64,000 nt of DNA from positions 102,705 to 166,704 of the forward strand of contig JAZRTK010000026.1 of assembly GCA_045651985.1 (NCBI GenBank), given 5' to 3'. Origin of the DNA: Eubacteriales bacterium (GTDB lineage Bacteria > Bacillota > Clostridia > Oscillospirales > CAG-272). This document shows, in pieces, positions 10,297 through 19,418 of this stretch. The notes under the pieces are model-generated. The model worked only from the letters and a program-made list of their open reading frames with translations, was not told the DNA's origin and made no database searches. Every line of letters starts with the position of its first letter. The stretch's first letter is position 1. Position numbers and translations under genes: made by a program.

Positions 10297-11041
10297 AAAA
10301 ATAAATATCCGAGGGGTGCATTTTGACAACGTGACACCCGCTGAAGCGTCGGCGCGCGTGAACGAGGCGCTTTCTTTGCCCAAAGAGGCGGGAAAGGTCT
10401 TTTCCGTTTACACCCCAAACCCTGAAATAGTTCAGCTTTGTATCGAGCGGAACGAGTATTACGACGTGATAAATTCCGCGTCCATGGTCGTTCCCGACGG
10501 CATAGGGATCATCAAGGCGGCAAAGATACTAAAGACACCGCTCAAGTCCCGCGTTCCGGGAATAGAGATAGGAGAGAGGGCGCTGGCAGAGTGCGCCCAA
10601 AAGGGACACAAGGTGTTCTTTCTCGGAGGAAAGCCGGGAGTTGCCGAGGAAGCGGCAAGGAGAAAAGCAGAACAGTACGAAGGACTTGAATTTTGCGGTA
10701 CTGCAGACGGTTATTTCAAAAAACAGGGTGATGAAAACGACGCGGTGATCGAGAAGATAAACGCCGCCGCACCCGACCTGCTTTTTGTCTGTCTGGGCGT
10801 TCCCGCGCAGGAAAAATGGATAAAGGAGAACGGTGCGGACTTGACAAGCGTAAAAGTTTGTTTGGCGCTGGGCGGCAGCCTTGACGTCTATTCGGGCAGC
10901 GTAAAGCGCGCTCCGAAGCTGTTTATTAAGCTGAATCTTGAGTGGTTTTACCGCCTGCTCAAAGAACCCAAGCGCATCGGCCGCATGATGAAGCTGCCTA
11001 AATTCCTTTTTGGCACGATGATTCACGGTAATAAGAAATAA
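10286..11041 (+). CDS. WecB/TagA/CpsF family glycosyltransferase
   Basis: The ATG at 10286 (MNVEKINIRGVHFDNVT) overlaps the dusB stop. TPNPEIV, VPDGIGI and FLGGKPGVAE motifs. Confidence 0.8.
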   Translation: MNVEKINIRGVHFDNVTPAEASARVNEALSLPKEAGKVFSVYTPNPEIVQLCIERNEYYDVINSASMVVPDGIGIIKAAKILKTPLKSRVPGIEIGERALAECAQKGHKVFFLGGKPGVAEEAARRKAEQYEGLEFCGTADGYFKKQGDENDAVIEKINAAAPDLLFVCLGVPAQEKWIKENGADLTSVKVCLALGGSLDVYSGSVKRAPKLFIKLNLEWFYRLLKEPKRIGRMMKLPKFLFGTMIHGNKK

Positions 11042-11147
11042 AAAAGAAACGACAGTTTTACAAGAATAAGGCATATCTCAAAAGAGATATGCCGTATTCT
11101 CGATTTGTTCTTTTGTGGGACGTGTTTTTACAAATTTTCGAAAAGTA

Positions 11148-11392
11148 TTTACAAAACTCAAAAATAGTGATATAATGAATGAGCCAAACAATCTTAATAT
11201 TCATAGTTATAGGTCGTTTTTTCCTCATGGAATAACTATAGCTTTTTTGTCTATACAATTAAGTAAATGCGTTTTGGTAAAAACGCGACTCCTGCTTGAT
11301 TGTATAGATAACCTATACTATGAAGAGATTGTTTGGCGACAACTTGGAGTCCGTGTTTTTCGGTGCGTGGCTTCGGTTGCGCACCTTTTTTA
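11148..11392 (+). promoter_or_regulatory. promoter plus structured 5' leader with two terminator-like hairpins (class unknown)
   Basis: TTTACA (11148-11153), 17-nt spacer, TATAAT (11171-11176). Hairpin ATAGTTAT/ATAACTAT followed by T6 (about 11203-11248). A 10-bp long-range helix TCTATACAAT/ATTGTATAGA (11250-11259 / 11299-11308) encloses GCGTTTT/AAAACGC. GACTCC/GGAGTC (11287-11292 / 11346-11351). Terminator GGTGCG...CGCACC plus T6 (11362-11391). Confidence 0.4.
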
Positions 11393-11414
11393 TTTGCTGA
11401 CAGGAGGATATATT

Positions 11415-11603
11415 GTGAAAGAAGAAAAGGTAATAGATATAACCGGTGTAGAGCTTACGCCCGGAGAGCCTGCCGTTTGTCTTGGCAACGGAGAGCAGGG
11501 CTTTGTGTGTTGTTGCGACGAGTGCGATTACCTTGCGCTTTGTTATCCTGAATTTGTTCCGAAACGACTGGAAGAACTTATTGCTATGGATAAAGATTCT
11601 TAG
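11415..11603 (+). CDS. small Cys-rich protein (62 aa, 7 Cys)
   Basis: GTG start 7 nt after AGGAGG. The sequence contains VCLGNGEQGFVCCCDECDYLALCYP. I could not assign a family. Confidence 0.45.
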   Translation: MKEEKVIDITGVELTPGEPAVCLGNGEQGFVCCCDECDYLALCYPEFVPKRLEELIAMDKDS

Positions 11604-11712
11604 CCTTCTCCGGTGTGGGTAGCGACCGCTTGCTTTTTTACCCCATGTGCGAATTCGACAGTACCGAATTCGCCGGTCTGTGCAGAGAGGTTTGCCGTGA
11701 TCGCACGCTTAC

Positions 11713-11770
11713 AAAAAACGACGGTGTTTTGCCGTCGTTTTTTCTGTTTGGTTTGGGGTGTGGGACACCG
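11713..11770 (-). repeat. intergenic repeat family copy E (terminator core plus CCAAACC arm, inverted orientation)
   Basis: AAAAAACGACGGTG-tttt-GCCGTCGTTTTTT followed by ctgtttGGTTTGGGGTG. Confidence 0.7.
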
Positions 11771-11776
11771 ATCTGA

Positions 11777-13135
11777 TTAGTTTTTCAAGCTGTGGATAGG
11801 TGCGGGGATGCGTCCGCCGCGGCCGATAAACTTGGCAGGAGAAGCCTCGCGCAAAGAGATTATGGGTGCGTGGCCCAGAAGTCCTCCGAAGTTGACGTCG
11901 TCGCCTACGGTCTTGCCGTATGCGGGAATGACGCGCACGGCGGTGGTCTTTGTGTTAGCCACGCCGATAGAAATCTCGTCGGCGATAATTCCGCAGATAA
12001 CGTCCTTTGGCGTGTCGCCGGGAATTGCTATCATGTCAAGACCAACCGAGCAAACGGCGGTCATAGCCTCAAGCTTTTCAATGGAAAGCGCGCCTTGCTC
12101 AACGGCGTGTATCATGCCCGCGTCCTCGGAAACGGGAATGAAAGCGCCCGATAGTCCGCCAACGTGGGATGACGCCATAACACCGCCCTTCTTTACCGCG
12201 TCGTTGAGCATAGCCAAAGCCGCAGTTGTGCCGTGTGCGCCGCAAATTTCAAGACCCATGTTCTCAAGAATGTGCGCGACCGAGTCGCCGATGGCGGGAG
12301 TGGGAGCCAGAGAAAGATCGATGATGCCGAAAGGCGTGTTGAGACGGCTTGCCGCCTCGTGAGCGACAAGCTGACCTACGCGTGTTATCTTGAACGCGGT
12401 CTTCTTTATGATGTCGGCCAGCTCGGAAAGGTCGCAGTCACCTGCTCTTGCTATTGCGGAGCTTACAACGCCGGGGCCCGAAACGCCGACGTTTATAACG
12501 CGGTCGGGCTCGCCCACACCGTGGAACGCGCCTGCCATAAAGGGATTGTCCTCGGCGGCGTTTGCAAACACTACCAGCTTTGCACAGCCGATAGAGCCGC
12601 GGTCTCTCGTTACGTAAGCGGTCTCCTTTATAACGTCTCCCATGAGGGAGATGGCGTCCATGTTGATGCCCGCCTTGGTGGATGCTACGTTTACCGACGA
12701 GCAGACCATCTCTGTTTCGGAGAGTGCCTGAGGGATAGCGGTGATAAGATTTCTGTCAGCGGGTGTCATTCCCTTGTGGACAAGTGCTGAAAAACCGCCG
12801 ATGAAGTTTATTCCAAGGGTCTCTGCGGCTCTCTGCAGGGTCTTTGCAACCTTTACGTAGCCGTCGGATGAGATCCTGCCTCCGACCAGCGACACGGGGG
12901 TCACCGAAACGCGCTTGTTTACGATCGGCACGCCGTACTGCTTTTCAATATCACAGCCCACGGAAACGAGATTTTCGGCACTTTTCGTTATTTTGTCGTA
13001 GATGCGGTCGCACAGCTTATCCTCATCGTCCGACACGCAGTCAAGGAGAGAGATTCCCATGGTGATCGTTCGGATATCCAGGTTCTCCTCCCGTATCATG
13101 TTAATAGTTTCAAGAATATCGGATACGTTAAGCAT
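11777..13135 (-). CDS. UPF0210 / DUF711 (PFL-like) family protein
   Basis: 452 aa. The [30 protein letters not shown] opening is typical of UPF0210, and the gene is paired with an ACT protein. Confidence 0.85.
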   Translation of the reverse strand: MLNVSDILETINMIREENLDIRTITMGISLLDCVSDDEDKLCDRIYDKITKSAENLVSVGCDIEKQYGVPIVNKRVSVTPVSLVGGRISSDGYVKVAKTLQRAAETLGINFIGGFSALVHKGMTPADRNLITAIPQALSETEMVCSSVNVASTKAGINMDAISLMGDVIKETAYVTRDRGSIGCAKLVVFANAAEDNPFMAGAFHGVGEPDRVINVGVSGPGVVSSAIARAGDCDLSELADIIKKTAFKITRVGQLVAHEAASRLNTPFGIIDLSLAPTPAIGDSVAHILENMGLEICGAHGTTAALAMLNDAVKKGGVMASSHVGGLSGAFIPVSEDAGMIHAVEQGALSIEKLEAMTAVCSVGLDMIAIPGDTPKDVICGIIADEISIGVANTKTTAVRVIPAYGKTVGDDVNFGGLLGHAPIISLREASPAKFIGRGGRIPAPIHSLKN

Positions 13136-13151
13136 TTCTACACCTTACCTC

Positions 13152-13421
13152 TCAAATGTGGTGCATGGAGCTGAAGATGTCCTCGTGCATGGTGTGGATA
13201 GCCAGCCCGCTTGCGCGTCCGATCTCGTCCAGACTGTCAACGAAATCCGAGAAGGGGATCGTCAGATTGTCAATGTCTGCTATCATTATCATGGCAAAAT
13301 ACTCGCTGAGAACGCTCTGGGTGATCTCAACGATGTTTGCGCCCTTGTCCGCGCATTCTGTGCTGACCTTGGCAATAATGCCCATGGCATCCTTACCTGT
13401 TACGGTTATTACTGCTTTCAT
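13152..13421 (-). CDS. ACT domain protein (UPF0237)
   Basis: 89 aa with the MKAVITVTGKDAMGIIAKVS ACT-type opening. It lies immediately upstream of the UPF0210 gene. Confidence 0.85.
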   Translation of the reverse strand: MKAVITVTGKDAMGIIAKVSTECADKGANIVEITQSVLSEYFAMIMIADIDNLTIPFSDFVDSLDEIGRASGLAIHTMHEDIFSSMHHI

Positions 13422-13572
13422 ATCTGTAACCTCGCAAAAAATTAGTTCTGCTATATTTTACACTAACAGAGAAAATTTTTCAAGGGGGAAAGGACGAATT
13501 TATTTAAATCCACTTGAAAAAAGCTCGTGTATATGATAAAATATAATGAATATTTATATCTTGGAGCGAGAA

Positions 13573-14109
13573 ATGAACGATTTCAATACTTACGAGTATG
13601 TGGTAGACCAAAAATTGAAGGGTGTAAAGGTCTTGCGAAAGGTCGGACTTGTCCTTTTTTACATACTTTTCGTTATAGGCTGGCTGGTTTTCGGCTTTTG
13701 GTCGAAGATGTTTCCGCTTTTGGCTCTTTGTCCCGTGACGCTGTGGATGGCGGTGTTCTTCACGTGGCGTTACGTGCAGGTGGAATATGAGTACAGCGCC
13801 GTTTCGGGTTTTGTTACGTTTGCGGCGATCTACGGAAACCGTTCAAGGAGGAAGCTTTGCGAGGTGAAGATAAAGGACTGCGTGACAATTGCACCCGCAA
13901 ACGACGATTATACCCACCTCATCGAGCGCTTCGGTCCCGAGAAGACGGTTGACTGCCGCTCTTGTGACGACGCGCATGACGGATATTTCATGCTTGCCGA
14001 GACAAACGGCAAAAAGACGGTGGTCTACTTTGAAGCCACCGAAAAGTTTCTGAAGATCTGCCGCTTCTACAACGCGGCGGCGACGACGGAAACCAAGGTA
14101 AGATTCTAA
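13573..14109 (+). CDS. hypothetical membrane protein (two TM helices)
   Basis: The ATG at 13573 follows GGAG, and two hydrophobic helices lie near the N-terminus. No family recognised. Confidence 0.55.
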   Translation: MNDFNTYEYVVDQKLKGVKVLRKVGLVLFYILFVIGWLVFGFWSKMFPLLALCPVTLWMAVFFTWRYVQVEYEYSAVSGFVTFAAIYGNRSRRKLCEVKIKDCVTIAPANDDYTHLIERFGPEKTVDCRSCDDAHDGYFMLAETNGKKTVVYFEATEKFLKICRFYNAAATTETKVRF

Positions 14110-14132
14110 AAAACGAGAGGACGGGGGCAGAA

Positions 14133-16241
14133 ATGGAAAATCAGAATAAAAATTCGCTTGAAGCTCCCGTGACCGATATTTCGGGTGTCGGAAAGGTACG
14201 CGCGGCGGCGCTGGAAAAGCTGGGTATCGAGGAAGTGGGCGACCTGCTTTTGCACTACCCCCGTGCATATGAGCACAGAGGGGATATAAAACTACTTGAA
14301 GAATGTATTTTTGGCGAAAAGCAGGCGACTCTGCTGACCGTGGGCTGCGAGCCGCGCATCGCGCGTATAAAACGCGGCATGAGTCTGCTGAAATTCCGCG
14401 CCTACGACGAATCGGGCGTGGCAGAGATAACCTTTTTCAACCAGGATTATCTGAGATCTTTTTTTGAACTTGGCGTCACCTACCGTTTTTTTGGAAAGGT
14501 TGAGAAAAAAGGCAAGAAATTTGAGCTGTCGTCACCTGCTGCCGAGAGATTCGACGAGGAGCACCCCGAAAAGCTGCCGCCGTTCGTGTCGGTATATCCG
14601 CTGTGCGAGGGTCTGACCCCAAAGGCGGTAACGGGATACGTGCAGGAAGCGCTGTACCGCGCGCAATTCGGTCAGGAAGACCCTATTCCCGCCGAATACC
14701 TCATCAAAAACAAGCTGCCGACCTTGGCGTTTGCCCAGAAGAATATACATTTTCCTTCGGACTACCGCTCTCTTGCGGCGGCAAAGCGGAGACTTATCTA
14801 CGGCGAGTTTTTCGACTTTGCGCTGTCCCTCATGTCAAAGAAAAAGACGGAACGTCAGCGCGGTGCACCTATATGCGCAAAAGGCGATATATCCGAGCTT
14901 AAAGCGCTCCTCCCGTATGATCTTACAGGCGCGCAAAAACGGGTGATTGAGGAGATCAAAAAGGATATGGGGGCCGATGTTCCCATGCAGAGGATAATCG
15001 TGGGTGACGTTGGAAGCGGAAAGACTGTATGCGCTATGGCTGCCATGCTCTTTGCCGTAAGAAGCGGACGGCGCGCGGCGCTGATGGCGCCAACCGAAAT
15101 TTTGGCGACCCAGCACTACGAGGATATTTCCGAGCTTTTCTCGAAGCTTGGTATTACAACGGCGCTTCTGACGGGCTCCACCCCGCTTTCGCGCAAAAAG
15201 AAGATATATCAAGCTATCTCGGGCGAGAGTGACGAGAAAATAGACGTTGTTATCGGCACTCATGCGCTTATTTCCGAGAACGTGAGCTTTGAGGATCTGG
15301 GCGTCGTAATCACCGACGAACAGCACAGATTCGGCATAAATCAGCGTGACGCGCTGACAAAAAAGGGCGAGCATCTTCATAACCTTGTAATGTCCGCGAC
15401 CCCCATTCCGAGAACCTTGGCACTGACCCTTTACGGCGACCTTGACGTGTCGGTCATCGACGAGATGCCCGCGGGACGGCAAAAGGTGGACACCTTTGCG
15501 GTGGACGAATCTTACCGCCAAAGACTCGATGCGTTCGTCGAAAAGCAGGTAAATGAGGGCGGTCAGGTCTATATCGTCTGCCCCGCGCTTGAGGACTCAA
15601 AAGAAAATGCGACCGAGATAGGCGAGGTCGGACTTTGGGACATCGACATTTTTACAGGCGAGGTCGTAGAGCGACCCGAGAGAGCTTCCATGAAGGCGGC
15701 GGTAAGCTACTGTGACGAGCTGAGAGCGAAAATGCCCGAAAATTTCCGCATAGAATACGTCCACGGCAAGCTGAAAAGCGCGGAAAAAGACCGCATTATG
15801 AGCGCCTTTGCGGCGGGCGAGATAGATATTCTCGTGTCCACTACCGTAATTGAGGTCGGGGTGAACGTGCCCAACGCCTCGCTTATGATCGTTGAGAACG
15901 CCGAACGCTTCGGGCTGTCCCAGCTTCACCAGCTGAGAGGGCGTGTGGGACGTGGAAAGAGAAAGTCTTTTTGCGTTCTCGTTTCGGGTGAGCAGGGCGA
16001 GCAAAAGGAAGCCGCCGCCCGACGGCTGAATATTATGAAGACTACTTACAGCGGCTTCGATATTGCACAGCGCGACCTTGAAATGCGCGGTCCGGGCGAC
16101 TTTATAGCGTCCGTGTCTACAGGCTTCCGCCAGAGCGGCGGCTTGCGCTTCCGTCTGGCTGATATGTGCGCCGACGCGTCGATCATGCAGGCGGCTTTTG
16201 AGGACGCCGAAGATTATTTTGGCAAAAACACCGACCAATAA
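14133..16241 (+). CDS. recG: ATP-dependent DNA helicase RecG
   Basis: Wedge domain followed by helicase motifs GDVGSGKT, DEQHRFG, SATPIPRT and QLRGRVGRG. Confidence 0.9.
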   Translation: MENQNKNSLEAPVTDISGVGKVRAAALEKLGIEEVGDLLLHYPRAYEHRGDIKLLEECIFGEKQATLLTVGCEPRIARIKRGMSLLKFRAYDESGVAEITFFNQDYLRSFFELGVTYRFFGKVEKKGKKFELSSPAAERFDEEHPEKLPPFVSVYPLCEGLTPKAVTGYVQEALYRAQFGQEDPIPAEYLIKNKLPTLAFAQKNIHFPSDYRSLAAAKRRLIYGEFFDFALSLMSKKKTERQRGAPICAKGDISELKALLPYDLTGAQKRVIEEIKKDMGADVPMQRIIVGDVGSGKTVCAMAAMLFAVRSGRRAALMAPTEILATQHYEDISELFSKLGITTALLTGSTPLSRKKKIYQAISGESDEKIDVVIGTHALISENVSFEDLGVVITDEQHRFGINQRDALTKKGEHLHNLVMSATPIPRTLALTLYGDLDVSVIDEMPAGRQKVDTFAVDESYRQRLDAFVEKQVNEGGQVYIVCPALEDSKENATEIGEVGLWDIDIFTGEVVERPERASMKAAVSYCDELRAKMPENFRIEYVHGKLKSAEKDRIMSAFAAGEIDILVSTTVIEVGVNVPNASLMIVENAERFGLSQLHQLRGRVGRGKRKSFCVLVSGEQGEQKEAAARRLNIMKTTYSGFDIAQRDLEMRGPGDFIASVSTGFRQSGGLRFRLADMCADASIMQAAFEDAEDYFGKNTDQ

Positions 16242-16254
16242 TTTTGGAGAAAAT

Positions 16255-17511
16255 ATGATTGAACTTTTATCACCTGCGGGTAATTTTGAAAAAATGCGCG
16301 CGGCGCTGCTATACGGCGCGGACGCGGTATATCTGGCGGGAAATATGTTCGGCATGAGAAGTGCGGCGGACAATTTTACCGTAGAGGAGCTGTTTGAGGC
16401 GGCGAGATTTACACACGAGCGCTCAAAAAAGCTGTATCTGACCGTTAATACTATGCCGCGCGGATATGAGTACCCGCAACTGAGAAAATACCTTGAATCC
16501 CTGCGCGGCTCGGGTATTGACGCCATGATAGTTGGCGACATGGGAGTAATGGACACAATAAAAGAGATCCTGCCAGACATGGAGCTCCACGTTTCCACTC
16601 AGGCAAGTGCGGTAAGCTCTGCGGCAGTAAAGGCTTACGCACGGCTTGGCGCAAAGCGGGTAGTTCTTGCACGCGAGCTGACTTTTGACGAAATAAGACG
16701 GATAAGAGAGGAAATTCCCGCGGATATCGAGCTTGAAGCGTTCATTCACGGCTCTATGTGTGTTTCGTACAGCGGACGCTGCACCCTTTCAAACTACCTG
16801 ACGGGCAGAGACGCCAACCGCGGTGCGTGTACTCAGCCCTGCCGCTGGAATTACACCATAACCGAGGAAAAGCGCCCCGATATCCACCTACCCATCGAGC
16901 AGACCGAGCTTGGAACCTTCATTCTCGGCTCAAAGGATATGTGTACCATCGAGCACATCCCCGAGCTTGTGGAGAGCGGTATCAACTCATTTAAAATCGA
17001 GGGCAGAATGAAGAGTGCATACTACACGGCGGTGGTCACCAATGCTTACCGCATGGGGATCGACCGTTATCTTTCGGACAAAGAGGGCTACAAATTCGAT
17101 CCCATGCTCTTGCGTGAGCTTGAGAGCGTCAGCCACCGTGAATATTGCACGGGATACTATTTTGACAAGTCCACCGAGGAGGCAAATCTCTGCACCGAGA
17201 ACGGATATATACGTGAAAAGGCGTATTTTGCCACGGCTATTGAGTGCGACGGTATGATCGCGCCCGACGTTGCCGCCGAAAACGAGAACGGACGCCTCTA
17301 TCCCTTCATTCAGCGCAATAAGGTGAGCGTAGGCGACGGTGCGGAGCTTATTTCCCCCTCGAAGCTCGGAAGACCCTTTGACGTTCGTGAGCTTTATTCG
17401 GATAAGGGAGAGAAAATTGAAAGTGCGCCCCACCCGGGACAAAAATTCTTTGTAAGAGTTCCCTTTGAGGTAAAGGTTGGCGACATTATGAGAGCAGGAG
17501 AAGAAAAATGA
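16255..17511 (+). CDS. peptidase U32 family protein
   Basis: MIELLSPAGN opening, E..IHGSMCVSYSGRC motif and the SFKIEGR signature. Confidence 0.85.
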   Translation: MIELLSPAGNFEKMRAALLYGADAVYLAGNMFGMRSAADNFTVEELFEAARFTHERSKKLYLTVNTMPRGYEYPQLRKYLESLRGSGIDAMIVGDMGVMDTIKEILPDMELHVSTQASAVSSAAVKAYARLGAKRVVLARELTFDEIRRIREEIPADIELEAFIHGSMCVSYSGRCTLSNYLTGRDANRGACTQPCRWNYTITEEKRPDIHLPIEQTELGTFILGSKDMCTIEHIPELVESGINSFKIEGRMKSAYYTAVVTNAYRMGIDRYLSDKEGYKFDPMLLRELESVSHREYCTGYYFDKSTEEANLCTENGYIREKAYFATAIECDGMIAPDVAAENENGRLYPFIQRNKVSVGDGAELISPSKLGRPFDVRELYSDKGEKIESAPHPGQKFFVRVPFEVKVGDIMRAGEEK

Positions 17512-18368
17512 CGATCTTAATTACGGCGTTGATAGCAACGCTTTACGGAATAGTTGAGGGTATCACCGAATGGCTGCCCGTCAGCTCAACGGGACATCTC
17601 ATTTTGCTTGAAAGCTTTTTTAAAATGCCTGCCGGCGCCGAATTCATGGAGATGTTCGACGTAGTTATCCAGCTTGGGGCGTGTTTGGCGGTGCTCAGCC
17701 TTTATTTTGAGACCCTGATACCTGATTTTGCGGCAAAAAAAGAAAACGGCGGCTTTTTCGGTTGCTCCGAAAACAAAAAGACCTTCAACCTTTGGTTTAA
17801 GATAATCGTGGCGGTCCTGCCGTCTGCCCTTGTGGGACTTCTTCTTGACGACTGGTTCGACGCGCATTTTTACAACGCGATGACCGTAACCGTGACGCTG
17901 GCGCTTTACGGCGTGCTGTTTATTTTGGTGGAGCAGTTCAACAAAAAGAGAACGCCCTCAATTGAGGCGCTTGAAAGCATCTCGTACGGAAAGGCTCTCG
18001 GCATGGGCTGTTTCCAGGTGTTGGCGTTGGTTCCCGGCACGTCACGCTCGGGCTCGACTATTTTGGGCGGTCTGCTGCTTGGCTACGACCGCAAGACAGC
18101 GGCGGAATTTTCCTTCTTTCTGTCCTTGCCCACGATGGTGGGAGCGTCGGCACTGAAGATCTTAAAATTCCTGCTTGACGGCGTCAAGATCACCACAGCC
18201 GAGAAAGTAGCTCTTGCCGTTGGCTGTATCGTTGCGTACGTTGTCTCGGTCGTTGCTATCAAGTTCCTCATGGGCTTTGTGAAGCGCCACAGCTTCTCGG
18301 CGTTCGGTATCTACCGTATCGCTCTTGCGGCGGTCATGGCGGTGTTGCTCATGGCGGGCATAGCTTAA
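17508..18368 (+). CDS. uppP: undecaprenyl-diphosphate phosphatase
   Basis: EGITEWLPVSSTGHL and PGTSRSGSTI motifs. Polytopic membrane protein. Confidence 0.9.
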   Translation: MTILITALIATLYGIVEGITEWLPVSSTGHLILLESFFKMPAGAEFMEMFDVVIQLGACLAVLSLYFETLIPDFAAKKENGGFFGCSENKKTFNLWFKIIVAVLPSALVGLLLDDWFDAHFYNAMTVTVTLALYGVLFILVEQFNKKRTPSIEALESISYGKALGMGCFQVLALVPGTSRSGSTILGGLLLGYDRKTAAEFSFFLSLPTMVGASALKILKFLLDGVKITTAEKVALAVGCIVAYVVSVVAIKFLMGFVKRHSFSAFGIYRIALAAVMAVLLMAGIA

Positions 18369-18388
18369 ATTAAAGAAAGGCAGAAAAA

Positions 18389-19123
18389 ATGGGATTTTAT
18401 AAAATTGCCGACCGCGTTTTTGAGATAAAAGAGCGGTTCGGCTATATTGAAAAGGCTTGTGCGGACTACGTTTGCGACCCCTGCACCCCCGACTGTGCAT
18501 TTGAGGTGTCGGACGAGGACATAGAATGGCAAAAAGCCATGATGAAAAAGGCGGGCGAGCCTGAAGCGAGGGAAGAATACCTTGAATTTTTGGCGGCATA
18601 CCGCCACGTGTCCGAGTTTTTGTGGCACGACGACTGCTTTTTGCTCCACGCGGCGGTCATAACCTTCGACGGAAAGGCATACGCGTTCACCGCCAAGAGC
18701 GGAACGGGTAAGACCACCCACATCCGCCTATGGAAAAAATGCTTTGGAGACCGCGTCGCCATGGTGAACGGCGACAAGCCTCTTGTCCGTAGGGTAAAGG
18801 ACGGCGGCGGTGTAAAATTCATCGCATACGGCACCCCTTGGTGCGGAAAAGAAAAGTATCAGCGGAACGTCAGCGCACCCCTTGAGGGAATTTGCGTGGT
18901 GACCCGCTCAGAGAAGAACGAGATCGAGTGCATAGGCGCGGGCGAGGCCGTGCCCGTGCTATACGGGCAGATGCTTGCTATGTCGGACAAAAAATACATG
19001 GGCGCTCTGCTTGATATGATAGATTCGGTCGTTACAAATATCCCATGTTACAGACTTCGCTGCAACATGGAGGACGAGGCGGCACGCGTTGCTTGCCGCG
19101 CCATGACGGGAGAAAGGATATAA
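18389..19123 (+). CDS. HPr-kinase-related P-loop protein (HprK C-terminal-like)
   Basis: LHAAVITFDGKAYAFTAKSGTGKTTH parallels the HprK capping/P-loop region. It lies 3 nt upstream of a PqqD-family gene. Confidence 0.55.
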   Translation: MGFYKIADRVFEIKERFGYIEKACADYVCDPCTPDCAFEVSDEDIEWQKAMMKKAGEPEAREEYLEFLAAYRHVSEFLWHDDCFLLHAAVITFDGKAYAFTAKSGTGKTTHIRLWKKCFGDRVAMVNGDKPLVRRVKDGGGVKFIAYGTPWCGKEKYQRNVSAPLEGICVVTRSEKNEIECIGAGEAVPVLYGQMLAMSDKKYMGALLDMIDSVVTNIPCYRLRCNMEDEAARVACRAMTGERI

Positions 19124-19125
19124 AA

Positions 19126-19389
19126 ATGAAGATCAAAGACGGATTTATAACGAGAAAGATAGGAGACACAAATTACGCCGTTTCCTTTGACGAAAACTCA
19201 CCTATCGGGAACGGCATGATAAAGCTGTCTGACAGTGCCTTTTTCATCTGGCAGCTGCTTGAAGCGGGCACGACAGAGGAGGAAATTCTTTCTGCCATGA
19301 AAGAAAACTTTCAGGCAGAAGAGGATGTTTTGCGCCGTGATATAAGCGCTTTTGTAACGAAGCTGAACGAGCTGGGGATAATCGAGTAA
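19126..19389 (+). CDS. PqqD family protein (RiPP recognition element-like)
   Basis: 87 aa. KLSDSAFFIWQLLEAGTTEEEILSAMKENF...DISAFVTKLNELGIIE matches the PqqD winged-helix pattern. Confidence 0.7.
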   Translation: MKIKDGFITRKIGDTNYAVSFDENSPIGNGMIKLSDSAFFIWQLLEAGTTEEEILSAMKENFQAEEDVLRRDISAFVTKLNELGIIE

Positions 19390-19418
19390 AAGCAAGGAAA
19401 GGAATATTTAAAAGAAAA

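Noticed and set aside
11115-11603. 162-aa ORF (GTG start) spanning the whole leader and the small Cys-rich ORF
   Set aside because: The upstream 100 codons run through a consensus promoter, two hairpin plus T-run terminators and AT-rich sequence. The strong AGGAGG lies just before the internal GTG at 11415. Only the short form is called, and with modest confidence.
11649-11673. Perfect 9-bp palindrome GCGAATTCG-acagtac-CGAATTCGC downstream of the small Cys-rich ORF
   Set aside because: It is an isolated hairpin without a U-run and without further copies in the window. It is probably part of the 3' UTR structure and is not interpretable on its own.
15597-16598. Long antisense ORFs opposite confirmed genes, including 1633-2448(+), 9565-10383(-), 15597-16598(-), 32036-33097(-), 48859-49800(-) and 41049-41708(+)
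   Set aside because: These are shadow ORFs typical of GC-rich coding DNA. They have low-complexity Arg/Gly/His-rich translations and no RBS. Each lies opposite a gene with clear family motifs.
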